The position numbers were made by a program, and so were the translations under genes. This document shows, piece after piece, positions 13,334-26,200 of a DNA stretch of 64,000 nucleotides (position 1 is the first letter of the stretch; each line of letters starts with the position of its first letter). The stretch is from Bugula neritina. Lineage: Eukaryota > Animalia > Bryozoa. Under the pieces are notes generated by a model, which made no database searches, had not been told where the DNA came from, and saw nothing but the letters and a program-made list of their open reading frames with translations. The DNA lies in contig OZ037770.1 in the NCBI GenBank assembly GCA_964035545.1, positions 1,922,001 through 1,986,000 on the forward strand, given 5' to 3'.

Positions 13334-13657
13334 ATGTATGAACGATCCATTATTAAGACTGAATTCATTAGTGAAGTGGGAAGGGGGGCACCATCCGCCA
13401 TGACAGCCACCCGATCCGCTGTGATGATTCTCCAAGAATCCAGCGAGGCACTTTTAGCACAAATCCGGTGCAAGAGTCCAGTGAACGACGACATGAAGGT
13501 AATGAGAGGTGACTGCGTGGCGGTGGTGCCAGGAGAAGAAAGTGTCCGCTCTTCATTAGAGTCTCACGTGCAACAGAATACCAAAATCTGTTGTAGGAGT
13601 TTTCACCCGGTCAGTACGACACCGACTACCAAGTTACACAGTCTATCAACCCACTGA
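13334..13657 (+). CDS. Histone H3-like fold ORF, antisense within the Gypsy 3' region (may be degenerate)
   Basis: SIIKTEF-ISEVG...TRSAVMILQESSEALL...KVMRGDC...GE aligns by eye with H3 [12 protein letters not shown]...[16 protein letters not shown]...TIMPKDI...GE. Confidence 0.55.
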   Translation: MYERSIIKTEFISEVGRGAPSAMTATRSAVMILQESSEALLAQIRCKSPVNDDMKVMRGDCVAVVPGEESVRSSLESHVQQNTKICCRSFHPVSTTPTTKLHSLSTH

Positions 13658-13979
13658 TTGTCTAAATCATACGAGCGACTGTCTTACTCCATGTCGTCAG
13701 TGAAATCATCTGACTAGAAAACCAACTTTATTGTTATGATAAAGCGAGACTTAACTTATAGCTACTAGAATTCCACTTAAATAATAGAATTCTGCTAGTA
13801 GACTTACCATAAGACAGCCTTGACGCCAGTCTACTGTCCACTTAGGCTTGTATTGTTGCCAGCCTGCCAAGTACATGCCCGCACTACGACAGTTAACATT
13901 GAAAAAAACGCTCAGCTTCACAGTGAAAGCAATTACATAATACCCCTTTCACTAGCGAGCTAGCTTCGCTCTTTTCTAT

Positions 13980-14200
13980 GCCCCCCCCCCTCCCCGGTGG
14001 CGTTATTATAATATATATATAGGCCACTGGGTATACAATTCACAAATGTGTTCCCTCACATTTCGGGATCACAACTCTCAATTGCTGGTGTGTCCTCGCT
14101 GGTGTTATTATACTATATATGTACACCATCGAGTCTACAGTTCACATTTGCGTTTCCTTGTATCTAGGTCTTGTAACTCTCAACTGCTTATCCCCCCCCC
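13980..14200. repeat. Imperfect ~100-bp tandem duplication in the Gypsy 3' non-coding region
   Basis: Two copies of ..GTTATTATA..TATATAT..ACA(A/G)TTCACA..AACTCTCAA(T/C)TGCT. Confidence 0.6.
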
Positions 14201-15100
14201 CCAGATTTCTTTTATGATAGCTGATGGATGTTTTTCCACTGCATCACATAAGGAATCTTTTAAATAAGATGGAGGCACCCTCGTTCAATGACTACGCTCT
14301 AACTGTACTGGGGGGTTTGCTACTACGGGCGACTCTACCACTACGGGTGGTGTCGCCAGTACGGGGGTCCACCAGTACGGGGGGTGCCTCCCTAGCTGCT
14401 TCTTTTTGATGAATTTGAGGAAATGCCATCTCATCCAAGATGATAGGCCACTCGGCCGGTTCCACTGGTGGTGGAACCGGCTCAGGCTGGTCTTCCGGTG
14501 TGTCGGCCACGGACGACCGGCATGAAGGCGGTGCCTCCCTGTGGTCTCAGTGGAGCGGCCATGCTTACTAGCTTGGCATATCTCACACTTCCGCACCTGG
14601 AGTCGGACATCCCGGGTCATACCGGGCCAAAACCAGTGGAGTTGAAGACACCTAGTCACCCGCCCAGCTCTTGCATAAACTTGCTTATGGGTGTCCCAGA
14701 TCAACTCCCGCCTCAGAGCAGACGGACAGACTACCCTCTCTCGTTCACGGCGATTGGTGCTGGCTGCTAACGTTATCGTTAACAGCCCATTGCCGTTAAA
14801 CCGAAGGGAGTCCCAGCGGTCGCAGTAATATTTAAACTCTGCACTCCTTACCCGCTGTTCGGCCTCACTAGGCCGCCGTCCCTCTTTCTTGGCCCGGACT
14901 AGGTCAGCTACCACCCCTGGTAGCGTAGCTTGGAGCCGACACAGCTCCTTGACGTTCCTGAGCAGCATGGGGTTTGCGTGAAGGTTGTTAACAGCCTCAT
15001 TAAGGGGTTCGAACCAAAGTTGTCCTTCCTCCCAGCTGTATGCACCTGCTTTCCCCATGCAACTGTTCTTCAACGTCTAAGTGAGGGGGTCCACCATCCA

Positions 15101-15856
15101 CACAGGATAGTTAAGGGCAACCTTTTAGCTGCAACTGCCTTGCTGAGGTTTGCATTGTAATCATATAAGAATTCAGTGCCAGTAAAATAAAATCTCACCT
15201 AATTGTGCTAGAGCAAAAATTTAAAAACTATGTTGTAGATCTTCTTTTCCCCAGTGTAAGTTTTTTGGAAATTTCAATTTTCATTTTTTCTGCAAAGTTA
15301 TAGACAAAAAACTGCCCAATTTTGGCCAATTTTGCCTGAAAAGCTGACTTTTCAGTGCCAGTGAGATATCTCTGCAGCAAAGCATGATATCTGAACAAAA
15401 ATTGCACTGTTGGAATCCTGAGATATTTCTCCAGTGTAACTTTTTTTTCTTTTTTTAATAACTCTGCTAGATTGCTCATAAAGTGGTGATTTATACACTG
15501 AAAATGCCATATTTTTTCATAAGAATCTAGCAGCGCGCAGCACTTCGCGCTTCAATGAGCACGCAGGGATGGGAAGATATTTGCGCCTACATAATAATTA
15601 CAGGCTTGCTAGCTGGCAGGCTAATATGAATAGCTTGCTTTGTACTTTGTTTATGTAGCACCCATAATGGAATGTTGATAGATAACGCAGCCCTAATGAA
15701 GGTTGCTGCTTATTGGTTGTAGTTTAATCTTAGACTAAACAATTACAAGTAGGCAACACGCATGCCACCCGCAGAGCAATATTATTCAAGAACCTGAACT
15801 ACATTTTGAGGAAAATTTATGATGTTCTTAGTGAGGATGCCCTTAACTATCCTGTG
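15101..15856. mobile_element. CACAGG-terminal MITE, TSD CA
   Basis: Same TIRs and body as 6713-7468; CA on both sides. Confidence 0.93.
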
Positions 15857-16276
15857 CATACGCTTGATATTTTGGCATTGCTTAAACCCATCTGCCTGGC
15901 GGCGGCTGAGTCCGTCGGCATTACCGTGTTTCTTACTGGGTCGGTGTTCGATCCGATAAGAAAACTCTGCCAGAATTTCCAGCCAGCGCGCCACTTGGCT
16001 TGATGATTCAGCCCGTCGACACAGCCATATCAAAGATACATTATCCGTTCGTAGTCGGAACGTACGCCCATATAGATATGGTCGAAAGTGTTTGACCGCC
16101 TTGACTATTGCCAGGAGTTCTCTCCTGGTTGTACAGTAGTTCTTCTCAGGTGCCGACAGGGCTTTACTATAGTAAGCCACCACCACCACCTCACGACCAT
16201 CTTGAACCTGAGACAGCACGGCCCCCGCATAGTGGTTACTGGCATCAGTTTCCAAAATGTATTCCTTCGTCGGATC

Positions 16277-17032
16277 CACAGGATAGTTAAGGGCAACCTT
16301 TTAGCTGCAACTGCCTTGCTGAGGTTTGCATTGTAATCATATAAGAATTCAGTAACAGTAAAATAAAATCTCACCTAATTGTGCTAGAGTCAAAATTTAA
16401 AAACTATGTTGTAGGTCTTCTTTTTCTCCAGTGTAAGTTTTTTGGAAATTTCAATTTTCATTTTTTTTGCGAAGTTATAGACAAAAAACTGCCGAATTTT
16501 GGCCAATTTTGCCTGGAAAGCTGACTTTTCAGTACCAGTAAAATATCTCAGCAGCAAAGCATGATATCTGAATAAAAATTGCACTGCTGGAATCCTGAGA
16601 TATTTCTCCAGTGTAAGTTTTTTTCTTTTTTCAATAACTCTGCTAGATTGCTCATAAATTGGTGATTTATACACTGAAAATGCCATATTTTCTCATAAGA
16701 AACTAGCAGCGCGCAGCACTTCACGCTTCACTGAGCACGTAGGGATGAGAAGATATTGGTGCCTACATAATAATTACAGGCTAGCTAGCTGGCAGGCTAT
16801 AATGAATAGCTTGCTTTGTACTTTGTTTATGTAGCACCAATAATGGAATGTTGATAGATAACGCAGCCCTAATGAAGGTTGCTGTTTATTGGTTGTAGTT
16901 TAATCTTAGGCTAAACATTTACAAGTAGGCAACACGCATGCCACCCGCAGAGCAATATTATTCAAGAACCCGAACTACATTTTGAGAGAAATTTATGATA
17001 TTCTTACTGAGGATGCCCTTAACTATCCTGTG
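16277..17032. mobile_element. CACAGG-terminal MITE, TSD TC
   Basis: Same TIRs and body; TC on both sides; excision restores AYPDPTKEY. Confidence 0.93.
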
Positions 17033-17900
17033 TCAGGATACGCCAAGATGGGCGCTTCCACCAGGCAATCCTTCAGGTGGTCAAATGCTGGCTGCTCAGC
17101 CCGTGTCCACTGCCATTGCACCCCGATTTAGCGGCTGCGCAATTCCTGCGAAGTTCGGTATGTACTGATGATAGTACCCTACCAGTCCCAGGAATGCCCA
17201 CAATTCAGGGAAGTTGACAGAAACAGCCCAGTCACTCACAGCCCGTATCTTCTCGGGGTCGGCGGTGACCTCGTCTCGACCAACCACATGGCCCAGGTAC
17301 GTAACCTCGCGCTGCAGTAACGCACACTTAGAGGGCTTAAGCTGCAGACCAGGAGCTCGAAGTCTGTCAAACAACTCTCTGAGCTGACTAACATGGGTGT
17401 CGAAGTCGGGGGAGATGACAATGACATCATCGAAATAGATGAGCAAAGTCTTCCAGTGCACCCCACTCAGGACCTGCTCCATGAGTCACTGGAAGGTGGC
17501 CGGTGCGGACGTAAGTCCGAACGGTCGCGTGCTCTCGCAGGTTAGTCTTAGGATTTCTCCTAAATGCCTGGAGTTGCACACGAGCATCTCGAGCGGTTAA
17601 CCCAAACCAAGCTCTCAATGCCTCAAATATGTCACCGACATCCTGGCCTATCCCATAGGGTTTAGCCGGCCCTGTCAGACACAACCATAGCTGGATCAGA
17701 GTAACCCTATTTGGCCATCTGCAAATAGCTGCCACATTTTCTTCTCCTGAGAAGATGGGAGCCCGCAAATGGTACCTGTCTATAGGCAGCGCTGGGCCGC
17801 CTATGTGGTCCTCCTCCATCACTACCGGTTCCTGCCGGGCTACTCCTTCGTCATCGGCCATCTTTCTACTCCCTGGCTAGGAGCATTTTTAATAAGCCAG

Positions 17901-17918
17901 ATCCCACCGCTGCCACCA
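17901..17918 (-). promoter_or_regulatory. Primer-binding site (tRNA-Leu)
   Basis: TGGTGGCAGCGGTGGGAT, 1 nt inside the 5' LTR, complementary to the tRNA-Leu(CUN) 3' end ..ATCCCACCGCTGCCACCA; identical to 61411-61428. Confidence 0.88.
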
Positions 17919-19298
17919 CTGTAGTGAATTTCGCAGTTCACTATAATTTGTGGATCTACTTATGCAAAGCCACTTCACCAGGTTGATTGCAATTAGATAG
18001 AATTTATTACCTAGAAATGGTACAACAATAAAAACTACTAAAACTACACAAGCGATTACATAATATAGAGCAATTTATACACAACTATTCCTAAGTAAGT
18101 CCCAAGCTGCTCTGCCGGTGCAACTGCTTTGCATGCTTGCACAACACATTGGCAGCTCCGCCTATCACTAATTAGCAGTCACATTTGATTGGTTGTCACT
18201 GGTAGTACCATCCTGACGACAATATACTGTCGGCCTCACGTAGCAGTCCGACATAGAGTCGACCCTTTCGATATAAAGCAGGTTAACAATTGCACTACTA
18301 AAATCCACTACAATATTTCATAGTTGCTTTATACTATAACATAAATACTATGATATACTTAAATGTATTGTAGAGTTTAACAGAAAAACTCACCATAGGC
18401 TCCATGATATGATGTCAAAGTTTCTTGTCAGAAAATAAGAATTGGCTAATCATTAGTCAAGTGTTCCCAGTGAGTTTTATCTCATCAGCTTCAACAGACA
18501 AAGATGAGAAAGTATTTTATAGGCTTCTAAGTGACAGCTAAAAAATTCCTCTGTATACGGAGTTGATATCTAGTTTCTGAAAACTGTATTAATTGATAGC
18601 TGGAGCTGGTCTAGAAAATCAGAATTTTGTTATTATCAACAGTTATCATATAGCACAGAATTTATCTGCATAAAGCACAACTATTGCAAATAATGTTGTA
18701 TGTATAGAATAAAAATGATGATTTGAAAATAGTATTATATACATGTATTGTGTCGCCTTTACCTTATAATTTTCAAATTATATTGTGGCAGTCACATCAG
18801 TAAGTAATTAGTTTTCAAAGATATCAGAATAATTATTGAGTTTGTAACACACGAATACAGATGAATAATGCTTGCCTATAAGTGATGCACGGAGTTTAAT
18901 TTCCGTGATAGAAGCTTCAACTGCTCTTCTCCCTGGTATGTCCTACTGCTTTATAGCTCAGAGAGTAGACTTAGGTAAGACAGATAGTAGCTATTTTTGT
19001 CACTACTTCTATTACTGTTATCTTTGCAGAATAATACCATTGTTTCTTTTGTATTGTTTTTGAATGGTCAATATTGCTTTGACTCCATTGATTTAGAACA
19101 GCATAAAAGGAAGGTTTTACTTAGCTATAGTGCTGGACTTGTATGTATTGTTATTTAGCACTGGCAGGCTCAATAATTTGAACTACATAATACACGCAAC
19201 AGTTGCTAAAACCAATATGAATACTGAGCAAATATAAATATATTGAATTGAATAGATTAGATAGTGTTAGATTTATCACAAAGCTTTCTTCCAAATAA

Positions 19299-19683
19299 TG
19301 TAGTGAATTTTGCCAGTTCACTATTATAATTGGGTTTAGTTATGCACAATCACTTCACCAGGTTTTAGTAAATAGAAGTGTTTATTAGCTACGAATAACA
19401 TAAAAATGATCCTACTGGTATACAACAAATACTATTACATAGTCAGAGCAATACAAAATACAACTAGTTAACTGCGAGTCCCAAGCTGCTCTGCCAGCTA
19501 ACAGTTAGCGTGCTACAAAGGCGTGCGTAGCCACGCCCAGTCCTCCTTGATGGCCTGCCTGATTGGCTCCCATATGTCATGTCCTTGTCGGCCAAGCTAT
19601 GTTGTGTCGGTCAGGTTACTCTGTGTCGACTTTCACACTGATACTGAGTAGAGTCTACCATTTCGATATACACAAACATTACA
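19299..19683 (-). mobile_element. Solo LTR related to the 11300/17920 LTRs
   Basis: TGTAGTGAATTT..AGTTCACTAT..CACTTCACCAGG..GTCCCAAGCTGCTCTGCC..TACA; no clean TSD. Confidence 0.7.
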
Positions 19684-20254
19684 CAGTATAAAATCAATCA
19701 CAATAAATAGATATCCCACAAAAGATATAGTCATAAGAGACAGTAAAAAGATGATAGGAGTTGAACAATCATGCTTCAACACATGGGATATGAGTCTAAT
19801 CATTACGCCATAAGTGCAGTATATGTAGATGTGACAGAGTTAGAAAGATATTCTATAATAAAGGAACCAGGCAGTCCTAGTTTATTTATTATATCTCCAG
19901 AGTATAAAATTAGGCACCACTTAGTCAGTAAACACACAAAACTTTATCCAAGATAAATGCAAGTGTAAAAATAATTAAAAGATAAAAATGTTTATAGGTT
20001 ATATAATATTTGAATTAACTTACATTAATATATAAATCAAATATACGTTTAAAGTACAAATGAAGCTGGCTATAGGATCACAATTCTAATAAACCATGAG
20101 GCAGTAATATATTGTACATTTATGTATATTATTTACAGGAATGATCTTCATTTAGTATTCTAAAGATAAGGAAAAAACTTCTAATTTTAAAAATATCTTA
20201 TCAGAAAGTAAAAGACTAAGTTTTAGAATGATAGACTAAAATCTGCACACTTGA

Positions 20255-23200
20255 CTAGTTGTGGGGGGCCCAGTGACCTTCTGTGTACCCCACCCAGCGT
20301 GCTGCTGTGATGTTGAATATAGGATCTGAGTCTATTAGCCCGAGATACTGTAACTGAGAAATGTGCACAGCGTGATAATCTCCCCTTGCTCTGTTCGGAG
20401 GTATGAGAGGTATTGTGACGTGACGCAAGTCATAGTACGTACCTTTACCTGTAACAATATAAAATATTTATTTGTAAGAATACTCACCTGTGAGAATATA
20501 TTATAATATTTATGTGCATGTTAATTTATCTGCCAGTGTATGTTGAGGTTTGCTAGGCAATACTAGAAGAAATGCAGTAAGTGAGAAAACCCAGTCTATC
20601 AGATGAGAGACGAACCAAAAAACTTTCATGTTAGAATTTCAACCTGTGCGGCCCAAACCAAATGCAAAAAGCCCATCTTAAAAAACCCAGGACTATTAAA
20701 TTTTTTCACTTACTGACCCTATAAGATAAAATATCTAGATCTCAATGACTTACTCACTGACACCTGAGTGACTCACTGACTGACACCTGAGTGACTCACT
20801 GACACCTGAGTGACTCACTCACTGACACCTGAGTGACTCACAGACACCTGAGTGACTCACTCACTGACACCTGAGTGACTCACTGACACCTGAATGACTC
20901 ACTCACCTGAGTCGTACAAGGGAAGCATCACTTTTAGAGATTTCATCCCATCTGAGAAAAGCTGTTGAGCTATGACCTTTGTCTGACCTTGAGACACTTG
21001 AGCAAGGTCATACAGACCAAACAGCGAGTATATAAACCCATTGAGGATGAAAAGTGGGGGAGTGGTTGGGTACTCCTCGTACCTGTGAACAAACGACAGA
21101 GTAACTCTGAGGCTATGATACACTAAGTAGTCAATACTGAGTCATGGAATACTGGATGTTATTAAATAAATTATTTAATATTTATTAGCAGCTGTTAAGT
21201 GACTGCTTTAAGGGAATAAAGTAGAAAATTCATCACAGTCTGTAAATGAGGAAACCAGAAAACAGAGGCTGTACCCGTTGGTCCAATCAGAGTCAGTGAT
21301 ACACAAATTTATCCAATCAGTATCAATGAAACACAAGTTCACCCAATCAGAGTCAGCCATACATACACTAACTATCAGCTCAGCTACTAGTTGTATGAGA
21401 AGGCATACATTATAGTCCAAGAATTTCTTTAGACTACATTCTAAAGCAAATCATCAGGCAACTAAGTCTATCTGATATTATGTAACTATTTCAACCAATA
21501 ACATTAGAGAAAATAGCTAAACGAATCACGACTCACCAATTAAACTTGTCCAAGAACCTAGCCCGAACTCCATGCTCCGTACTAAGTTTCTGGTATATTC
21601 TGAGACCCCGGCCCGCCGCAGTTAGGTACTCAGGCTTTTTATATTTGAGATACGCTCTCACCAGAAGAGAGATAGCTTGCCCTTGACCCATAGCTGAGTA
21701 CCTACAATCACACACAGTTAGGGAGGAGTTGCCGAGCCAACCTACTGCTATACAGAGTTAGAGAGACATAACAGAGACGTACCATCCAGGTGGTAAAGTC
21801 AGCTTCTGGGAGGTGATAACTCTAGTCACGGGAACCGGCCATCCTCCATTGTTGTCCTGATTCCTAACCATCCAATCACTGGCGGCCTTGAAGTGACCTT
21901 CATTCCCAAACACAAAATACTACAGCATACCACATCTGCACCTTTCTATACTGAATAATGGACTGTAAACTACACTGTATAATACAACAGGCTATCACTG
22001 GTTTCCATTGCTCCAACAGATGCATTTGCGGTTTCGGTTTGCATGAATTTACTGTTGTGGTTTCAATCGATGTAACTGGTTCCAAACATCTAATGAAAAA
22101 TCCATTCGCATAGTGTAAAGCAATGGAAACGCAGTGTTAACTGAGCATAGAAACTCTTCATCTCCAAGACATCTTGATAAAAGAAATATTTTCTCATACG
22201 GAATAACATGAACAAACCTTCGTGGCAATGTTCGGAGACTGTGACGTTGTCAATGTAACCTTCACCTCTGACCTCCAGGTGTTTGATGGAGCTTATCACG
22301 TGTTTCACTGAGTTCCAATCCGACACGAACTTCTTCATGTCTACCATGACGTCCCGGTGTAGAGAGCACCACTCTCTACACGGGCCAATACCATAGATCA
22401 TGTTGTCATCCCCCGTCTTCTTGTAGAACTGTGCAACAGAACAAGGGCTACAGAAAAAAGGCTAAACAGCTTTGTTCTAACAATAGTAAGATACATGTCT
22501 CTATTTGATATAATTTATAGCAAGGATGGTAAATACATGACACAGTATAGTGATTCATAAATATTATACTTTAGCCCTTTAAGGAAGTCTTAGGTTTTTT
22601 GTTCAAAAACTTCATAGTAAATCTCAGTGAAAACATTCACCAGCCAAGTATGAAATATAATTGTTGCTGCTATAATTATGATGCTTAGTATCTATTTATT
22701 ATACATGTCCCAATTTCTCCTATTGCTATATTATTACCTATTTAGTGCTCATCATTTACAAATTTTGTATTTTATAATTTGTCATTATTGAACCTACAAA
22801 GAAAAACTATTTTCTGCAAATTGACTTACATGTGTAAATACAGAATATTATAATAACTTACATGTGTAAGTAGTAAATACTGTATAGTTTTAAAACTTAC
22901 ATGTGTGAGTACTGTATATTATAGTAACTTACACCCTCAGACAGATAGGTAAGTACTGCATATAACTTACATCCTCAGACTGATAGGTAAGTACTGCATA
23001 TAACTTACATCCTCAGACTGATAGGTAAGTACTGCATATAACTTACACCCTCAGACTGATAGGTAAGTAATGTATAGGTAACTTACACCCTCAGACTGAT
23101 AGGTAAGTACTGTATAGTATAATAACTTACATCCCCAGACTGATAGGTAAGTACGTATTCACTGTCATCTCCGGCACTCAACACAATGGAGACGTTAGCA

Positions 23201-26200
23201 GACGCCGACAGGAACTTCACGTCGAAAGAGACACAAGAATCAACATTCTCCTCGTCTATCTTCAGGGAGGGGAACTCACTAACGCCCCGACTTTCTACAC
23301 AAATCACAAGATACTCAACTATATAGTTCAGTGTGATACAGAGGATACAAATATGTATTGGTTTATTATCTTATTGAAAGAAATAGTTCGTCTTCCATAA
23401 AGTATAAAAAATTACGCGCCTGCCAACAGACTGAGAAGATTAGATAGTCCAAGTGACTAATAAAATCAGGTAACAATATTTTTCCATCAAAAAAGTGATA
23501 AAACTTCTGATTTTGTGTCCAATTCGGTTGCATTAATAATGTATGATATTCTACAAAGGAGCAGCCATGGCCTAGTGGTTAGAGCGCTGGCTTAGTAAAC
23601 ACAAGGTCAGCGGTTTGATACCTAGTCATTGGTGATGTTAGGAAGAGCATCCAGTCATAATTGCTCCTGTACCTCATCTAAATACGTCCTTAGCCCTCTT
23701 AAAAAACCCTTTCCATCAGAGGTTACTCACAGGGATGGCTACTATAAACCTTCACAAACACTCGATTGTCTCCATAAATGAGAAAAATTGGGAGTTGAAT
23801 AAGTTCAGCTGAACAAAATAATACAGCTATGGTATACTCTACCTAGAGTGTTGAAGTAGACAACAGGTTCCCTGGTCACATTACTTAGCTGATAGAGTAT
23901 TTTAGATCCGGAGGGCACCTGCCACTTGCTGTCACTCTTACTCCCATCTTCTAGCACTCTCAGACTACAACAGGTTATTCTATCTTGAAATGACATAGAA
24001 AATACACAAAAAAATTCACAATGAAAAGCTGCTGTTTTACTCACATAGAAACTGTACAACCTTGAGAACTAGTATATAACATTATAGCAACTACATTACA
24101 GATAAATTATTACCATTTTTTATAATGAGTCGTAAAGAAATATTGCAGGGAAATTAAATACATATTGAAATTGACATTGAATATACATAGAAAGCATCAT
24201 GATTAAGGAAACAACTTCAGAGTCGAACCTGTCATCCGACGCCCCATCTTCATCAAGTAGTTTAGCATGGTGACTAAGGCCGTACTGAGCCACTTGTATT
24301 GGGTAGATGTACCCCTTCTTGTCCCACTGGTTGGATACGGGAACACCTGAGGAGTGAAAATATCTACTTAATTTATATGAGTCATAGTGTAATCAAAGTG
24401 AGTGGAGTTTGAAGCCTCAGAGAACTGAATCATTTAGTCTAAGATTTAATTCGGTAGAACGGGCAAGTATACTAAAACCATACTGATGTATAGAACCAAT
24501 CTAAAGGAATTACCATGAACTCCGCTGATGAGCATCACCCGAGTTCTCCCTTCCACATTGTACTGCCCAAAGTACATGAACTTCCCACCAACTCTGTACT
24601 CGGTAGCCGTGGGAAAGAGAGGGGTGTGGCTCTGCTCAAAGTAGAACGTCCCTTTGTTATTCTTTTCCTTTCCAGAACCTTGGCTATTGTTGACAAACTC
24701 ACCAGAGACCTAGAAAGAAAGTGATTGGTCAGTGAAACAGCCAATTGGAAACCAGCAGGACACAAGTTATGGATAATTCCATTAACTAATCCGGTTTTAA
24801 TTCGAATAGCAGCTGATTATCAAAAGTAAGCATAAAAATGATGATATGCCATCTGTATATACAAAATTTAAATGAGCTTTTATTTCAAGTGATCCAACAG
24901 AATTATGACTATTTTTCCAATTTTGTTTATGTCTACTTATTATAACTAGTAGTTACACGTGTTTTCATGTCTGTAATAATGTTATAAATCAGTCACAAAG
25001 TTGAAGCAACTATGGAAACTAGAGTAACTAACTACATTTTATTCTATGAAAAATATTCTGGTAGAAATATTTATAAAACAAGAAAGCACAACTCCAACTA
25101 CCTCGAATTATCGAAGCCAAGATATTTCCGCTTATTTTAAAATTGGAAATCTCCATCTCAAACTTGAGGAAAGATTAATCTCAGAAAGAGGCCGAGAAAC
25201 ATGACTGCGACAGCCGTGACCTTCAACTGACCTCAAAGTAGTCCCGAATAAACTTAAAAGGCATGTAAACTTCTCCGGCTTTCGTTCTCAGACAGGAAAT
25301 TTTCTTTTTGCCGTTGATGACGCAGCTAACCTTCGGAGTGCCTAAAGAAAAATAACAGAGTCGTATTATTTGGAGAGAGATTCAAACCTACGACATACTA
25401 CCATATTCTATGCCAGACTCTGACCATTGGACCGTGACTACTAATAAACAAACCAACAGACAGAATGAGTCACTATCTAGAGATATTGAGAGTTGTCTCA
25501 GCATACAAAGTGATTCTAAAAGAATACTTGCTGTAACAGCCAGAAAATGTATCAACTTGTGTGAGTCACTGAACTTAGAACTAGAAATCTTGAAACTTGG
25601 TATCACTAACAAAATTAATCTTGTTCGAATTTCATGCTTAATTTTAAATGATAAAGGCTAATCAATTTTAAATCAAATCTCAAACTCAAACCATTAGTAC
25701 TTTATCTACGAGATCAATTTCAACCATGTTAAACAAAAATTGTTTCAATTGTCAACAACAAACTACGTTGCTCTTAGAAACCTAACTGAATATATCCCGT
25801 ATATTGCTCATATTATATTCTTCTACCAGAAGAGAAAGACGACTCCAAAAGATTACTAGTAAACATTACACAATGTACAGAGTGTTGAGATTATATCCGT
25901 CAACAAACTAACTTCCTTTCTCAAATATAACTATACTTGTGACATATTTAGTAAATCTCTTTCTATGAATTCTAATAATAAAATAAGTACAAAAGCTAAC
26001 AAAAGAAAACTTTTCAAAATATCGTTGCCTCCGCAAAGACCTCAGCCCAGAACGAGACCACAAATAGACTACAAGTAAGCAAAGACATGGTGGCAGACCA
26101 TTTATATAACTATAGTATGATGACTGAAAGAAGACTGAATCAAGCTGGACCAATCAGAAACAAGGTTAGTAGATACATGGCAACCGAGAGCAGGTGGTTT

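Larger units (their letters stand above)
14285..17861 (-). pseudogene. Gypsy gag-pol remnant (partial gag, RT C-half, RNase H, IN zinc region, Pro-rich tail), split by two MITEs
   Basis: YHLRAPIFSGEE (gag), FGLTSAPATFQ, IYFDDV, ILAYPDPTKEYILETDAS, KHFRPYLYG, HGNADGLSR, WFWPGMTRDV..CEIC; removing each MITE plus one TSD copy restores the frame. Confidence 0.9.
11300..18312 (-). mobile_element. Gypsy/Ty3 LTR retrotransposon, internally deleted, with both LTRs
   Basis: 5' LTR 17920-18312 and 3' LTR 11300-12375 (TG..CA, similar); PBS 17901-17918; PPT-like GGTATGGAGGG at 12376-12386; flanks AAAT/ATAT; gag, RT, RNase H and IN-zinc fragments. Confidence 0.92.

Noticed and set aside
23558-23635. tRNA-Thr(AGT)-like gene
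   Set aside because: No proper acceptor stem, and it is followed by a body shared with three other dispersed copies, so it is a SINE head
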